From Vicugna vicugna (Eukaryota), in assembly GCA_013265495.1 (NCBI GenBank), contig MU058444.1, forward strand, positions 186,001-250,000: a DNA stretch of 64,000 nucleotides, written 5' to 3'. The notes under the pieces were generated by a model. It searched no databases. It was not told the origin of the DNA and saw only the letters and a program-made list of their open reading frames with translations. Positions 50,465 to 63,530 of this stretch are shown piece by piece; the first letter of the stretch is position 1, and each line of letters opens with the position of its first letter. The translations under genes were made by a program, and so were the position numbers.

Positions 50465-50480
50465 AAAAAAGAAAGAAAAG
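50264..50480 (+). mobile_element. L1 3' end whose tail has expanded into (GAAA)n
   Basis: ACTATATTCAATATCTTATAATAGCC...ACTTCAATG followed by a purine repeat at 50385-50480. Confidence 0.88.
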
Positions 50481-51574
50481 TAATACCATGTGAACAAGTC
50501 AGATCCAGATACAGCCTGATCTCCAACACGTTGTTGTCACAAAGTAACAATAGTAACAAGTTAACCGCTTTGTTGCCTCAACCTGGAGGAGGTATCATGA
50601 AAGCGTTTTGCAGTTGTGATGGGGGAATGGCAACCCGTCTCCTGAGAAATCTCCTGGCCAAAATGCTATATATCTTTAAATATTTGATCACCATTTTCCA
50701 GATTATTTTTTCTTTCCTCTACACTGATGAAAGGTCTTACCAAAATATAATTAGTTTGTTCAAAATGTATATCAAATAACACAAGAGCTTATAAAAGGAA
50801 AGACAGCTCTTCCTTGCACTCATTACAACCTATCTTCCAGAAACAGCCACCCTTAACTCTTCTGACTATTTTTAAAAATAAGTGTTGTCATAGCTCTAAA
50901 TTATGTGCTCCTACCACGGTTTATCAGTTTGAGACCTTCTGATCTGACAGGTGAAGGTTTAGTTCTCTTACAGTCCCACCTTCTCTCTCTCTTCCAGTAT
51001 ACTCAGAGCATCATTTTTAGTTAAATTAATGAAAACGTAATTGCGCAAAAGTGTCATTGCAGATCCAAGTCATATCCTATGGTTACACTTCTTTTTTGTG
51101 TGCCTTTTGGTTTGTCCTTGCCTTTCTAAGCATCTTTTCTTCCTGTTTGCAGTGGTTTCCTGACAATAATCCTCCCTTGTTTGTTTGTTCCTTGCTCTTT
51201 TTCAAATGCACCACCATGTTTATCTGGTGCCATTGTTTTTTGTCTTTGTTTTTGTTTTTTCAGTGCGACTCTTGAAGAGCCCTTGGTGCCTTCCAGGCCC
51301 GATCTATGGGATGTCCCTTGTGGGTTTCCTAAACTCCCATCTTTCACTTTTGTGGTCTACTGTCTTCTTTTGCACAGCATATTTTCTGGAAGCTTCCTAA
51401 AAGAGGAAAGAAAATGTTTTTTGAGGCTTTGAATGTCAGGAAGTGTCTTGACGGTGACACTTGAATAATGGTCTTGCTGATCGCAGACTAGGAACCTAGA
51501 AACCATGTACCTTGACATTTGGAGGGCGTTGCTCTGTTGTTAGACGTTGCTTAATTCTCAGGTTGTTTGTTGCA

Positions 51575-52350
51575 AGAGTTTAGAAATATAGTTGATTTTT
51601 GTATATTGGTTTTGTATGCTGCGGTCTTGCTGAACTTTTTTTCCCAGTTATAATAGTTTTTTAGGGCATTCCTGACAATTATCTGTTTATAAGATCATGT
51701 CATCTCTGAATAGAGATGGTTTTACTTCTTTTCTTCCAGTCTGCATGCCTTATGTTTCTTTTTCTTGCCCAATTGCCCTGGCTGGAACCTCTAGCACTAG
51801 GTGAATAGAGGTGGCGATAGTGGATAGCCTTGTCTTGTTCCTGATCTTAGAGGGAAAGCATCCAATTTTTCACCATTTAGTGTTTAACCACAAAAGGATA
51901 TTACATTTTGCAAATGCTTTTGTGTCCATTGAGATGATCCCATGATTTCTGTTGTTTATTGATAAGATGTGTTACATTAATTGATTCTTGGATGTTAATT
52001 CCTGGGATAAATCCCTCTTGGGCATGGTGTGTAATTCATTTTATATGTATAATTCATTTTTAAAAATAAAAAAATTAATAGTTTTAAAGGTTACTTTCCA
52101 TTTATAGTTATTACAAAATATAATTCATTATATATAAAAGTATTCTTTATATATAAATTATTCCTTTTATATATAAAAATTTTGTATGTTTGTATGTTTC
52201 TTTTTTACATGTCTTTTTATACATTTGCTAGTATTTTGTTGAGGATTTATACATCTGTATTCCCAAGAGAGCTTTGTCTGTAATTTTCTTCTGTCATTTT
52301 TGTCTAGTTGTGGTGTCAGTGTGATAGTGGCCCCAGAAAAGAGTTGGACA
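51575..52350 (-). mobile_element. Old L1 ORF2 segment, antisense
   Basis: TATAGAAATATAGTTGATTTTTGTATATTG-like start, then CCTTGTCTTGTTCCTGATCTTAGAGGGAAAGC...TTTGCTAGTATTTTGTTGAGGATTT. Confidence 0.85.
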
Positions 52351-53544
52351 GTGATGTGCTGCCTTCCCTGGGAATAGAGCCCTCTGACTCAGCGCTGGGG
52401 GGAAGAAGGCCCATGCTCTTGGCTGCATCTGTCTGAGATGGAGTTTCTGTTTCTCTGAGCTGGGAGGGAGGAGGGCGTGAGTCTCAGTTTGAAGACCAGA
52501 GACTATTGTTCTTACAAAGTTTTAGTGGCTTTTCTTGAATAAGTGTATCTTCGTTTGCTTTATGGCCTTAGGACGATCTCCAGTGGTTTTGAGTGGTTTT
52601 GTTTTTTTTTTTAAATAATTTTCACAGTTTTGCTGAGCAGAAAGGTCTTTGGTGCCCTTTACACTGTCATGTCAGAAGCCAGAAGCAAAACTCCAATTTC
52701 ATTCTTTCTGATCACTTCTAAAGGTCTTTTTTAAAAAATTGTCTTGATTTTTCTATATAATATTGGAGGAATTTCTGAAATGTCTTGTAGTCCTTGCTTG
52801 TCCATTTATACTTAAAATTGAAGCCCTGAGAAGCTGATTGCTTTGCAGAGGGAAGGGCACGAATAGGGGAGACGGATGTGAATCAGTTGCAGAATTGGTC
52901 TCTAGGTTAGTGGGCAAATTATTGGGTTTCATAAGAGAATATGAAACAAAGCAAAAAATCAGAAGTGTGGAGGAAGGGTCAGTGTGCTAGTCACCTCGCC
53001 TTTCCTAGTTTGATCAAATACACAGTCTAAATTGGGAAAATACAGCCCTTCTCCCCACCCTGGCATTCCCCCTAAAACTTGAGTCATTTCAATAACCATT
53101 TCTTCAATTTTAGAAGGATCTTTTAGGAATTAATATAGGTAAAGAAACATGTACTGAGCTTCAGTAATTCCTCTAATTTCCCTGTTTTTTCTCTGATTAA
53201 GTTAAAACAAAGTCAGATTAATTTTTTTTCTGAAAAATACCATGTATAATATTATTCCACCTTTATAAAATAATTTTTATTCCTATCTGTTTATCTATCA
53301 CATTGCTTATAACCTACCAACCCCTGGTCTCTCTATATGTATATAGGAGGATGTCTGTAATGCTTACCAATTACTAGTGCTTGTTATTTCTGGGTGGTAG
53401 AAATGGAGGTGCTTTATTGCTTTCTTTTTAAGTTTTTTTGTATTGATTGACATTTTAAATAATAGGCATGGATCATTAAAAAAAAAGTCAACAGAATGCA
53501 AAAGCAAAATTTAGCCCATTAATAGAGCCCATCAACCACGCAGC

Positions 53545-53672
53545 CAGGGCTGGGACGGCGGTGAAGCAGGTGAGGAGCCCTGGGTGCAAAATTCAGACAG
53601 GTGCTCCCTCACAGGGCCAGGCAAGTGCACCCTCGGCTCCTCCGTGCCTCTCCGTGGTCCGTGACAGCCCTG
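53545..53672 (+). mobile_element. MER96-like hAT MITE remnant
   Basis: Termini CAGGGCTG...CAGCCCTG; internal GGTGAGGAGCCCTGGGTGCAAAATT. Confidence 0.6.
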
Positions 53673-55359
53673 CAGACAACGCAGGGAGAACTGGCAGATC
53701 AGCATAGGTGAAGAACAGCATGTTTGGAATTCTGGATAGATGAGGAAAGCAGATTCTTTCTCATAAACAATTTTTTTTTTTTAGTATTTTTTTAAGTGCC
53801 TGCAAAAGAAATAGCCATTACATTTTAGAATTTCATTGATGAGAACCCCTGAAAGCAACCAACACCTAGTCTCCCCGTTCCTTCCTCTCCCTCAGTTCAG
53901 CATCAGTGAGTGTGTTGCAGGCTCCGGCTGTGGGGGGCACAGAGGGGCGCTCAGCCCCAGCACCCTCATTCCCTGACCACCCTCCCTCAGGTAGCACTAC
54001 ACCTTCCTTCAACTTTCCAGCCTGTTTTCCTGCTTTACAGACTGCCTAGCAGCTACCCCATTCCACGTGCACTCATACTTCACGTGTGTAGTTGTGCTTT
54101 GTGTGTTACGTGTTGATTGCCCGTCTTGCCTTATTACAACATACCCGCTGCGACGCTACCCTCATGGAAGCGTGATGGTGCGCAGTAGGTTTCTGCTTCT
54201 GGCTTCTGACATGACAGTGTAAAAGGCACCACAGAAGGAAAGGGTTCGTTGTGCTTTCATGGAGTGACCGTGGACCCAATGCTGTTATGACAATAGGAAG
54301 ATGGGTAGAATGCAGCCTTTGCTCCCTGCAGACAGAGTCTGTGTGCCTCCCTGCCTCTGCTCCCAGCACTGTTCATTCGCTCCCAAAATCGTTATCTCAC
54401 AAACGCAGACCTTTGGTTTTTATTCCCCTTACCCTTTTCTCATAGTCTCTGTTTCTTCTTTTTTCTCCTTCCTGCCTTCAACTCTCACCCAGTTATTGTA
54501 GGGAAATATTTTTTCCTCCATAAAAAAATAATCACTCTGAGTAATGAGCATAAAAGGTAATATGAGTAATTACACACTTATTTAGAGAAAGTCAAATTTG
54601 AAGAGAAAACAGTAATAATAGTGTTACCAACTGTGAACATCTATTAAGTGTTTGCTCTGTACCTGACTCTGCCAAGCAATTTCTGCACATGGCCTCATTT
54701 AATCAGTACAGATAAGGAAACCACGGCAGCAAGAAGTAACTTGTCCAGGTCACGGAGCCAGTAACTGATCTGAACTCATCTGATTCCAGAGCCTGAGCCC
54801 TCCCAGGGGAAACAGAGAGGCTGTGGGGTTCATGTCTGATGTACCCCTTGTGGGGGTTTCCTCCATCCCCTCCCCACTGCACCAGCAGTTGCTCCTTTCA
54901 TGCTCTGACAGAGATCCTCACACTCGACTTCAGCTCTTACCACGTGAAATGTGAGGCACGCATCTGGAAGGTACAGCCGGGTGCATCTTCTCTCGTTATC
55001 AGTGTCATGAAGTATTTGCTCTCCTCATTCTTTGCAATCAGCAAGAACTTCCTATATATGTATCCATTCACACACCAAGAGTTCAAAACCCATCATCTGC
55101 TACTTACTAGCGCTAGAGAGTTAGGCAGATTACTTAACCCTTCTGAACCTTAGGTGACTCCTGTGTAATGTGGGGAGGATGATGCCAGTGTTACAGTGTA
55201 ACAGGAAAAACCTGAGATGTGTCTGTAAGGTGCCTGGCTCCGTGCCCATCACAACACGGTTGCTCTGTGCATGCCTGCGTTGTCCCTCCTGTCCACCCCT
55301 GACTCTCCTGCTGCACCTTACACAGCATCTCAGCTATGTTATGTTACCTATTATGGCTT

Positions 55360-55900
55360 GAATTAGTTACTTACTACTATGCAACAAATTACCGTGAACT
55401 TAGCAGCCTAAAGCAATCAACATTATCTCAAAGTTTCTGTAGGTCAGGGGTCTGGGAACAGCTTTGCCAGGTCGGGGTGGTGGGTGCGGGTTCTGGCTCA
55501 GTCCTCCTGAGGTCCCAGGCAAGATGGCAGCTGACTTGCAGTCGTCTCCAGGCTCAGCCGGGGGAGAGTCTGCTTCCAAGCTCGCTCACGTGGCTGCTGA
55601 CATGCTTCAGGAGATCGGCTTCTAAGCTTACTCAAGAGGGTGTCTCCACAGGGCTGTCTCAGGCCGTAGCAGCTGGCTTCCCCGGGAGCAAGCCATCCAA
55701 GACAGAGAGAGACCGTCCACCCAAGATGGGAGCCATCGTCTTCTTATGATCGCATCTCAGCGGTGACATCCCATGACTTTGGCTGCATTTTTATTAGAAT
55801 CAAGTCCATAAATCCAGCCAGCACTCAAGAGGAGTGTCTAATACAAAAGCCTGCACACCAAGACGTGGAGGTCATTGTGGGGATATGAGAATCTGCCCAT
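55360..55900 (-). mobile_element. MLT1 (F/H-like) MaLR LTR
   Basis: ATTAGTTACT...CAACAAATTACC...AACTTAGCAGCCTAAAGCA...TCTGCTTCCAAGCTCGCTCACGTGGCTG. Confidence 0.75.
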
Positions 55901-56873
55901 AGCCTGGCTGAGTCTTACAGAGCTAGACTGGGGCTTGTGATATGTCCAATTGCCTTTCATCACGTTCACAGAAAGGGACTCACACACTTTGGGAACAAAA
56001 ACATTGCTAAGCAGCGTCACTGACTGTGCTGGCTGGGCTGCAGCCGACTCCACGAAGTAATAACAATACTGACTCCTTTTGCAGAGTCTTGCAGCTGTCA
56101 CACCACCTGTACCTTTCAATTCCCACTCTAGCGTAATTACACTTTTCCTCTGAGCTGGTTTGCTTCTTAAGAACCATTTCCCCTTGGGCTGTCTCCTTGG
56201 TACATTTTCCACTTCCTACTCTTTGGTTTATAGACGCCCACCCACCCCCCACACCCACACGCCAGCTTCCTTCCTCTGGGAGCACCACAGATCAGGCAGG
56301 TAGTCATGGTGAAATGTAAATACTTCACTCCCAGCCCACGCCTGGAAGGCGACTTGTTTGTTATGCCAGCGCAGTCACAGCACGCTGCCGCCCCCCCCCC
56401 CCCCCCCCCCCACCCGTGCTCCATCTCTGGCTGCTCTCGTCTCCTTTGCCCTCTTCCTCCTGCTGGCTGCCCCTCGGTCACGGCGCTGCCTCGTTGCATT
56501 AGCCTCCCAAGAGGGTAGGACATAGATCCAATTGGATAGTTGCATCCTTTCAGGTTTTAAAGAGACTCTGAAAATACTAACATATGTATGACGGAACTAG
56601 ATAAACATGTTATAAATACTAAATTAGTATTATAAGCGGTAACATTTCACTGTGTAAATGTTAAAACACATATTTTATATAACATTGTCTGATTGGAGAT
56701 TAAAAAGTAAATCCAACGACTTGAAATTTTGTGTTCTTCCATTTCCATGAATTACTGAGAGTCTATTTCATTAGAGACAGTATTCAATTACTGGGTGGTT
56801 TGTGACTGACAATCACTTTATTAAATTTACCACCTTTGAGGAACAGAAGGGGCTGTGAACAGGTGAATGTTCT

Positions 56874-56985
56874 TTTTTTTTCTTTTCTTTTTGAAGTACA
56901 GTCAGTTTCAATGTGTCAGTTTCTGATGTACAGCACAGTGTCCCAGTCATGCATATACATACATATATTAATTTTCACATTCTTT
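56874..56985 (-). mobile_element. Short L1 3' end with TSD
   Basis: TSD TGAACAGGTG(A/T)AT(G/A)TTCT at 56856-73 and 56986-57003. Confidence 0.88.
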
Positions 56986-57212
56986 TGAACAGGTGTATAT
57001 TCTGAAGCAGATTCGATGGTGGCAGTTACACAGGGAGGGGAAGAGACAGTGTGATCATGGAAAAACTGAGATGCACTGGCTGTGAGTCATGAGAGAGAAA
57101 TGTTTACAAAAATGAAAACCTGATAGGCTCATTTAGTTATGATGAACTTTGTGACATTTACTTTGCTAAAGTTATACTGAGCAGAACATTTTGCAGAAGA
57201 AGAATCATACTC

Positions 57213-57438
57213 CTTTTTTAAAAAAGTTGAAGTGTAATTGATTTATAATGCATCAGTTTCAGGCATACCGCAAAGTGATTCAGTTATACATATGCATACA
57301 TGTATCTATTCTTTTCAAATTCTTTTCCATTACAGATTATTCTGTGAATCTCAAACTCCCAATTTATTCCTCCCCCTCCTTTCCCCTTGGGGAATCATAA
57401 GTTTGTTTTCTATGCCTGTGAGCCTTGCCGTTTTGTAA
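57213..57438 (-). mobile_element. L1 3'UTR fragment, antisense
   Basis: TTGAAGTGTAATTGATTTATAATG...AATCTCAAACTCCCAATTTATTCCTCCC...CATAAGTTTGTTTTCTATG. Confidence 0.85.
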
Positions 57439-57439
57439 A

Positions 57440-59500
57440 AGAAAAGTCAGAAAACAATTAACAAAATGGAAATAGTAACTCCATACTTACCAATAATTAC
57501 TTAAATGTAAATGAGCTACATTCTCTAATTAAAAGACATAAAGTGGATGTGTGGATGAAAAAACGAGACCCATCTACATGCTGCTTACAAGTGAGTCACC
57601 TCCTTTAAGGACACAAAGTAAAAGGATGGAAAAAGATATTCCATGCCAATGGAAATAAAAAAAAGCAGAGGTAGCCATACTTATGTCAAACAAGATAGAC
57701 TTTAAGCCAAAGACTATAATAAGAGACAAAGAAGGTCATTATATAATGACAAAGGGGTAAATCCAACAGGAGGATATAATATTTATAAATATCTATGCAC
57801 CCAACCTAGGAGTGCCTAAATATACAAAGCAAGTATAACAAATCTGCAGAGATAAAGACAGCCATCCAATAATAGTAGAGGACTTTCATACATTTAACAA
57901 CAGACAGATCATCCAGACAGATAATCAATAAGGAAACACTGGACTTAAACTGCACGTTAGACCAGACAGACTTAATGCAGAACACGCCATCTAACAACAG
58001 CAGAATACACATTCTTCTCAAGTGGCATGAAATATTCTCCAGTTTGTATCATATGTTAGGCCTCAACACAGTCTTCATAAATTTAAGAAGCCTGAAATCA
58101 CAGCAGCATCTTTTCTGATCACAAAAGGGTGAAACTGGAAATCAATTACAAAGAGAAAACTGGAAAATTCACAAGTATGTGGAGATTAAAAGCATACTAC
58201 TGAACATAAAATGGATCAAAGAAGGGATTGAAAGAAAATTAAAATGTTATTTCAGACAACTGAAAATGGAAATACAACACACCAGAACATATGGGATACA
58301 GCAGAGGCGGTAGGGTGTTCATAGTAATAAATGCCTACGTTAAGAAATAGAAAAGATCTCAAATACACAACCTAACTTTACACCTCAAGAAATTAGAAAA
58401 AGAGGAACAAACATAGCCCATAGTAGAAGGAAGGAAATAACAAATATGAGAGTGGAAATCAAGGAAATAGAGATGAAAAACACAATAGAAAAGATCAATA
58501 AAAGTAAAAGCTGGCTTTTTGAAACGATACACAAGTTAAACAAACGTTTAGCTAGACTTTCCAAGAAAAAGACTCAAAAAACACAATTATCAGTGAAAGA
58601 AGAGACATTACAACTGATACCACAGGGGGGAAGAAAGGATCATAAGAGACCGTTACAAATTACTATACATCAACAAGTTGGACAATATAGAAGAAACGGG
58701 TAAACTTCTAGAAACGCACAGTCTACTAAGGCTGAATCATGAAGAAACAGAAAATCTGGACAGACCAAATGCTAGCAAGGACATTGAATCAGTAATCAAA
58801 AACCTTGCAACAAAGAAAAGCCCAGAACTAGGTGACTTCCCTGGTGAATTGTACCAAACATTTAAAGAATTAATACCACTTCTCTCAAACTCTCCCAAAA
58901 AGCTGAAGATAAGGGAGTATTTTCTGAACTCACTTTATGAGGCCAGCATTATCCTGATACCAAAATCAGATAAGGACACTACAAGAAAAGAGAATTATAG
59001 GCCACCATCCCTCTTGAACATAGATGCAAAAATCCTTAAGAAAATATTAGCAAACGAAACTCAATATATTACAAGGATTATGCAATATGATTAGTCGGAA
59101 TTTACTCCAGGGATGCAAGGATGGTTCAACACCCACAAATCAACGTGATACATTGGTTGTCAGGGGCAGAGGGGAGGACCGGGGAGGAATAGAGTGAGGT
59201 TAGTTAAACGGCATAAACGTTCAGTTATAAGATGAATGAGGCCTGAGGATCTAAGGTAAAACATGGTGTCTATAGTTGATAATGCTGTATGGTGCAATTA
59301 GAATTGGCAATGAGATTAGAACATAAATGTTTTTAACCAAAAAGAAAAGAAAAAGACAAGTATGTGAGGCAATGGATGTATTAAGTAACTAGATGAAGGA
59401 ACCCTTTCACACTGTATATCAAATCACCATGATATACACTTTTCATACCTTATAATTTTGTATGTCTAATATGCTGCAATAAACCTAAAGTTTAAAAAAA
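57440..59500 (+). mobile_element. Decayed L1: ORF2 start (ATG about 57466), endonuclease, linker and start of RT, joined to an L1MA-type 3'UTR
   Basis: EN motifs (ITLNVN.L, CCLQ..H, NIYAPN, FSDH); KKSP..GDF.GE.YQTFK and YEASIILIPKSDKDTTRKENYRP..LLNIDAKIL; frameshifts and stops; 3'UTR with AATAAA near 59480. Confidence 0.92.
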
Positions 59501-60769
59501 CTTTATCAGTAACCTCAAAACATTTCATTCTGACAGGGCTTAAAAGGGGTTATTTCTCCAATGAAGTTTGCACCAATTTTATGGATGGTGCAGACTCAAC
59601 TGGAGAAACATGGGTTTATTTTAGTTACCTGGTCAATATACTTTTTTAACAGTGGTATTTGAATTGTCTGAATGGCTCTGCTTATTAGAAGGAGCATAGT
59701 TCTGCTCTTCTATACGTTTCTTATTTTTATGAAGTAGGTCTTGGCCTTTAGTGAAGACTTAGTGTCCGCAATGATTTAATTTATACTGTGGGCACCACAA
59801 CTAGAAAGTAAGAGTGATATGAGAAAAGGATGATCTACACGATCTTCTTTTAAATCCTCTGTGGATCAAGGTCAAAAATAAATGAAGCAATAAATGAAGG
59901 TTCTGTGTTTATTTAAATGACTAAAAATATATTCTGATCAAGGGAGATGATGTACGTCATGGCCTTTAAGCTGAAACGCATTATGCAAATGTAAATCATT
60001 GCCCCGACCCGAGGAAGGCTGCTTGTGAGCCTCCTCTAAGCATCACCCTCCATGTGCCTGTTTATTGGAGAAGTGGATGGTGACGCAGAGGCAGAAACCA
60101 GGCAGAGACACAGAGACGGACTCAGGGGCAGGTGCTACATAGAGTTTTTATTGGACTCCTCTGGTATAATCTCTTTCGTGTTGAAAAGCTTGACAGTCTA
60201 ACTTCTCCCAGTCCAACAATTTACATGTTGTTTACCCAGACAGAGTACTCACACGGTAGATTTTCTTTTGGCTGGTAACTGAGGAAAGAGGATTGACAAT
60301 GACTGATGCCTTGTGTGCAGTTTTCTGCGGTACGGAAAGCTCTTTCCACTGTATTAATCCAGTTTCCTCAACAGCATTTTGAGGGTGGCATTTTTTTTTA
60401 TCTCTTTCACAGAAATAAAGAGAGTGAATGTTGGAGTTAATATGATTCACCCAAGATCTCATCCCTAGTTAGTGGCAGATGCAAAAATTCAGTGCAAAAT
60501 GATGTGTTCTTTACACCAGCCTACGTGACAGACAGTGCTTGGCGCATTTCCATCAAGACCAAGTGTTGTTCAATATTTGACTCATCGTCAGCATGTTTGC
60601 TAGACTGAGAAAAACAGAGATGCAGATAGATTCAAACTGCTCATTTGTAACTTCTCTCAATGGAGGAGCAGATTAAAGACTTGGTCATGTGAAATTTTGG
60701 ATTGTTCACATACTATTACAACCTGTAAAGCTGAATAAATAAATGATTATGATTTCTTATTTCTTTAAA

Positions 60770-61180
60770 ATACATATGACTGTTTAAATAAAAATTATAA
60801 AGTTTTGCTGTGGGGTTTATAACATATGTAAATGCAATACATGTAAAAACCATAACACGAAGAATCAGAGGTGCGGCAGATGAACATAGATAATTGCAAG
60901 GGTTTTAGGGTTTATATGAATTAGTATATTTACTCTAAGTGAACTGTGAAAATTTAAGGATGCACATTGTAATCCCTAGAGCTAAAAAGCCAATAGGCAA
61001 AATCGGATTATAAAATATATTTACTCAAAAGATTGTGGGAAAGGGAGAACAGAGGGTCAAAAATCAGATGGTACCAATAGGCAACAAATAATAAAATAGT
61101 AGACTTACCCAAACACATCAATAATTATATTAAATGTAAATGGACTAAACTTTCCAAATAAAATACAAGAGATGAAGGAT
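60770..61180 (+). mobile_element. Ancient L1 inter-ORF/ORF2 start remnant
   Basis: ATTGTAATCCCTAGAGC...AAATAGTAGACTTACCC...ATCAATAATTATATTAAATGTAAATGGACTAAAC. Confidence 0.75.
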
Positions 61181-61739
61181 AGAATATTAATTTATAATAA
61201 CAGGAAATCAAAGAAATGTTAAGGTGGTGACTTTGGTTCTGGCTCTAAATGTGCTTGAATTCTAAACTAATTTACCCATGAGACTGTGTAAGCTCTCAGG
61301 CTTCTTGAATGATTTGAGTGGCTTTCTCTTACAGCACGGATCTATAAACTCTACAAAATTTCCTTAAATTCAAGTTTGGGGCAGCAGAGTGTTCCCTCTC
61401 CCAGAGGGCTTTGGGATTCCTACCCAAATTTCCTCCAGTGTTATACCGCATATGATAAGATTTAATTTGTCTATTTGATTTGCATATACACTTAAGTGAC
61501 CCTTTATGGAACAACAAAGCCTCTTCAGGTTAAGAAAAAATTCCTACTATGACTGTTACAATTTCCTCGATGACTACCTCTGGTAAGGCTGAAAGCTCTG
61601 TCTTGTCCCTTTCCATTTCCTCAGGAAATTGATCCAATGCCTAGCACAGAGTGGGCACTCAGTAAATAAATAACACAATATGATCTGCTCTAGAAGCAAT
61701 TTACAGCCACCTGTCGGGTACTACTTGTGAACTTCTAAA

Positions 61740-62465
61740 ATTAATTTTATTGGTGTATACATTTTACATAATAAAAAGTCCCCATTTTAAGTGTACAATT
61801 TGATGAGTTTAATAAATGTATACATCCACATAACCACCACCAGAGTCAAGATACTTCCATTGCCCTCAAAAGTTCCCTCATGCCTTTTGCCATCAGTCTT
61901 TCCACATTTCTTCCCAAACCCCTGACTGCAGGTACCCAGTGATCAAGGTTATACCACTTAACGTTAGTTTGCATTTTCTAGAATTTATATATATATAAAA
62001 GGAGTCATACAGTATATATCCTTTTGTGTCTGGCTTTTTTTTTTTTGCTCAGTTTTTGAAATTCATCTACATTGTTACATGTATTAGTAAATTATTATTG
62101 TTGTTATTCCATTGTTTCAACACAGTACACTTTGTTCATTCAATTATCTGTTGATGACTATTTGGGTTGTTTCCAGTTTTGGGCTATTTTTAACAAAATT
62201 GATATCATTTGTAAATAAGCCTTTGTAGCGATATATGTTTTCATTTTGGGGATATAAATGTTTAGGGGTAGAGTGGCTGGATCATTATACTAGGTATATG
62301 CTTATAAAAAACTTATCAAACATTGTTTTCCAAAAGTAGTTTTATCATTTTTCAGTCCCACCAGCAAAGCAGGAGTTCCAGTTGCTCCATGTGTTCAGTA
62401 ACACTTGAGACCATCAATCCTCTTATTTTCAGTCATTCTAGTGGATAGGTGGTGGTGTCTCACTT
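61740..62465 (-). mobile_element. L1ME/MC-like 3' end, antisense
   Basis: CCATTTTAAGTGTACAATTTGATGAGTT...TTTGGGTTGTTTCCAGTTTTGGGCTATT...TCCCACCAGCAA. Confidence 0.85.
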
Positions 62466-62679
62466 TAAAATCCACCTGCTGAAACCTCTGAATTCCCATC
62501 TCGCCCCCTGTGACCAGCTATCACTTTGGACTTTCATTGTTTGAAAATTAATGACAACAATCATTGTCAAAAAATTACTACTAGAACACCACCACCACCA
62601 ATGGAGCATTTACCACTCTCCTCACCTGAGGCTGTAAGTTCCGAGACCTATCTGCAATACAATGCGTGGAGCACAGGCA

Positions 62680-63060
62680 GTGCATTTATTAGCTATCTGT
62701 TGCTGTGTAATAAATTACCCCCAATTTTAGCGGCTCAAAATAACAAATGTTTATTGTTTCACACAGTTTCTGAGGGTTAGGAATCCAGGAGCAGCTTAGC
62801 TGAGTGGTCCTAGGTCCAGGCCTATTGTGAGGTTGCAGCTAGGGGATTGGCTGGTTCTACAGTCATTGGAGGGCTTGCCTGAGACTGGAGCATTGGCTTC
62901 CCAGATGACTCACTTGCATAGCTGTGGGCAGAGGTCATATTCAGTTCCTTTCTGGCTGTCATCAGCAGCCCTGGGTTCCTTGTCGTGTAGCTCTCTCCAT
63001 TGGGCTGCCCAGCAGGGCACTTTCTCCAAAGTGAGTGATCCAGGAGACAGAGATAGATGT
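62680..63060 (-). mobile_element. MLT1-like MaLR LTR
   Basis: TTAGCTATCTGTTGCTGTGTAATAAATTACCCCCAATTTTAGCGGCTCAAAA...CACAGTTTCTGAGGGTTAGGAATCCAGGAGCAGCTTAGCTG. Confidence 0.8.
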
Positions 63061-63089
63061 TGATTACACAGGCCAGCCAGTATATGGTG

Positions 63090-63300
63090 AATATTTATTG
63101 ACTGAACAGAGGTGTGCCTGACACTATGCTAAGCATTTTACTTAATCACCTTATTTAACCCTGATAACAACCCATGGACCATTGTCCTCATTTGTGGTAA
63201 TAAAACTGAGGCTTATAGAAGTTAAGTGATCTGTCCAACTCTACAAAGCTATTAAGGGGCAGAGCTAGAGTTGAAAGTTGGACCTTTCCAGCCCCAAAGG
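63090..63300 (-). mobile_element. MIR remnant
   Basis: TTATTTAACCCTGATAACAACCC...AAACTGAGGCTTATAGAAGTTAAGTGATCTGTCCAA. Confidence 0.75.
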
Positions 63301-63530
63301 ATGTGAAAAATGGTTCACACTGTAAATGAATTGCACTATTCCAAAAAAAAAAATTTTTTTTTATGGTAGTTAAAATTTTGTTTAAATTGAGTCAAAATCC
63401 TTTACATATGGGAAAAGAAACTAGAAATTATATCAATAGGCAAACCCTAGATCTCTTCAGGAGGATAAAGAACTGGTTCCCTATTCTCCAGTTGACAAGG
63501 TGTTTTCATTTTTTTCTCCCTTGTCAGATA

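Noticed and set aside
50280..50779. Lys/Glu/Arg-rich ORF
   Set aside because: Translation of the (GAAA)n L1 tail
58446..59094. Functional reverse transcriptase or novel RT system
   Set aside because: Ordinary L1 ORF2 with frameshifts and stops; the catalytic RT core is missing
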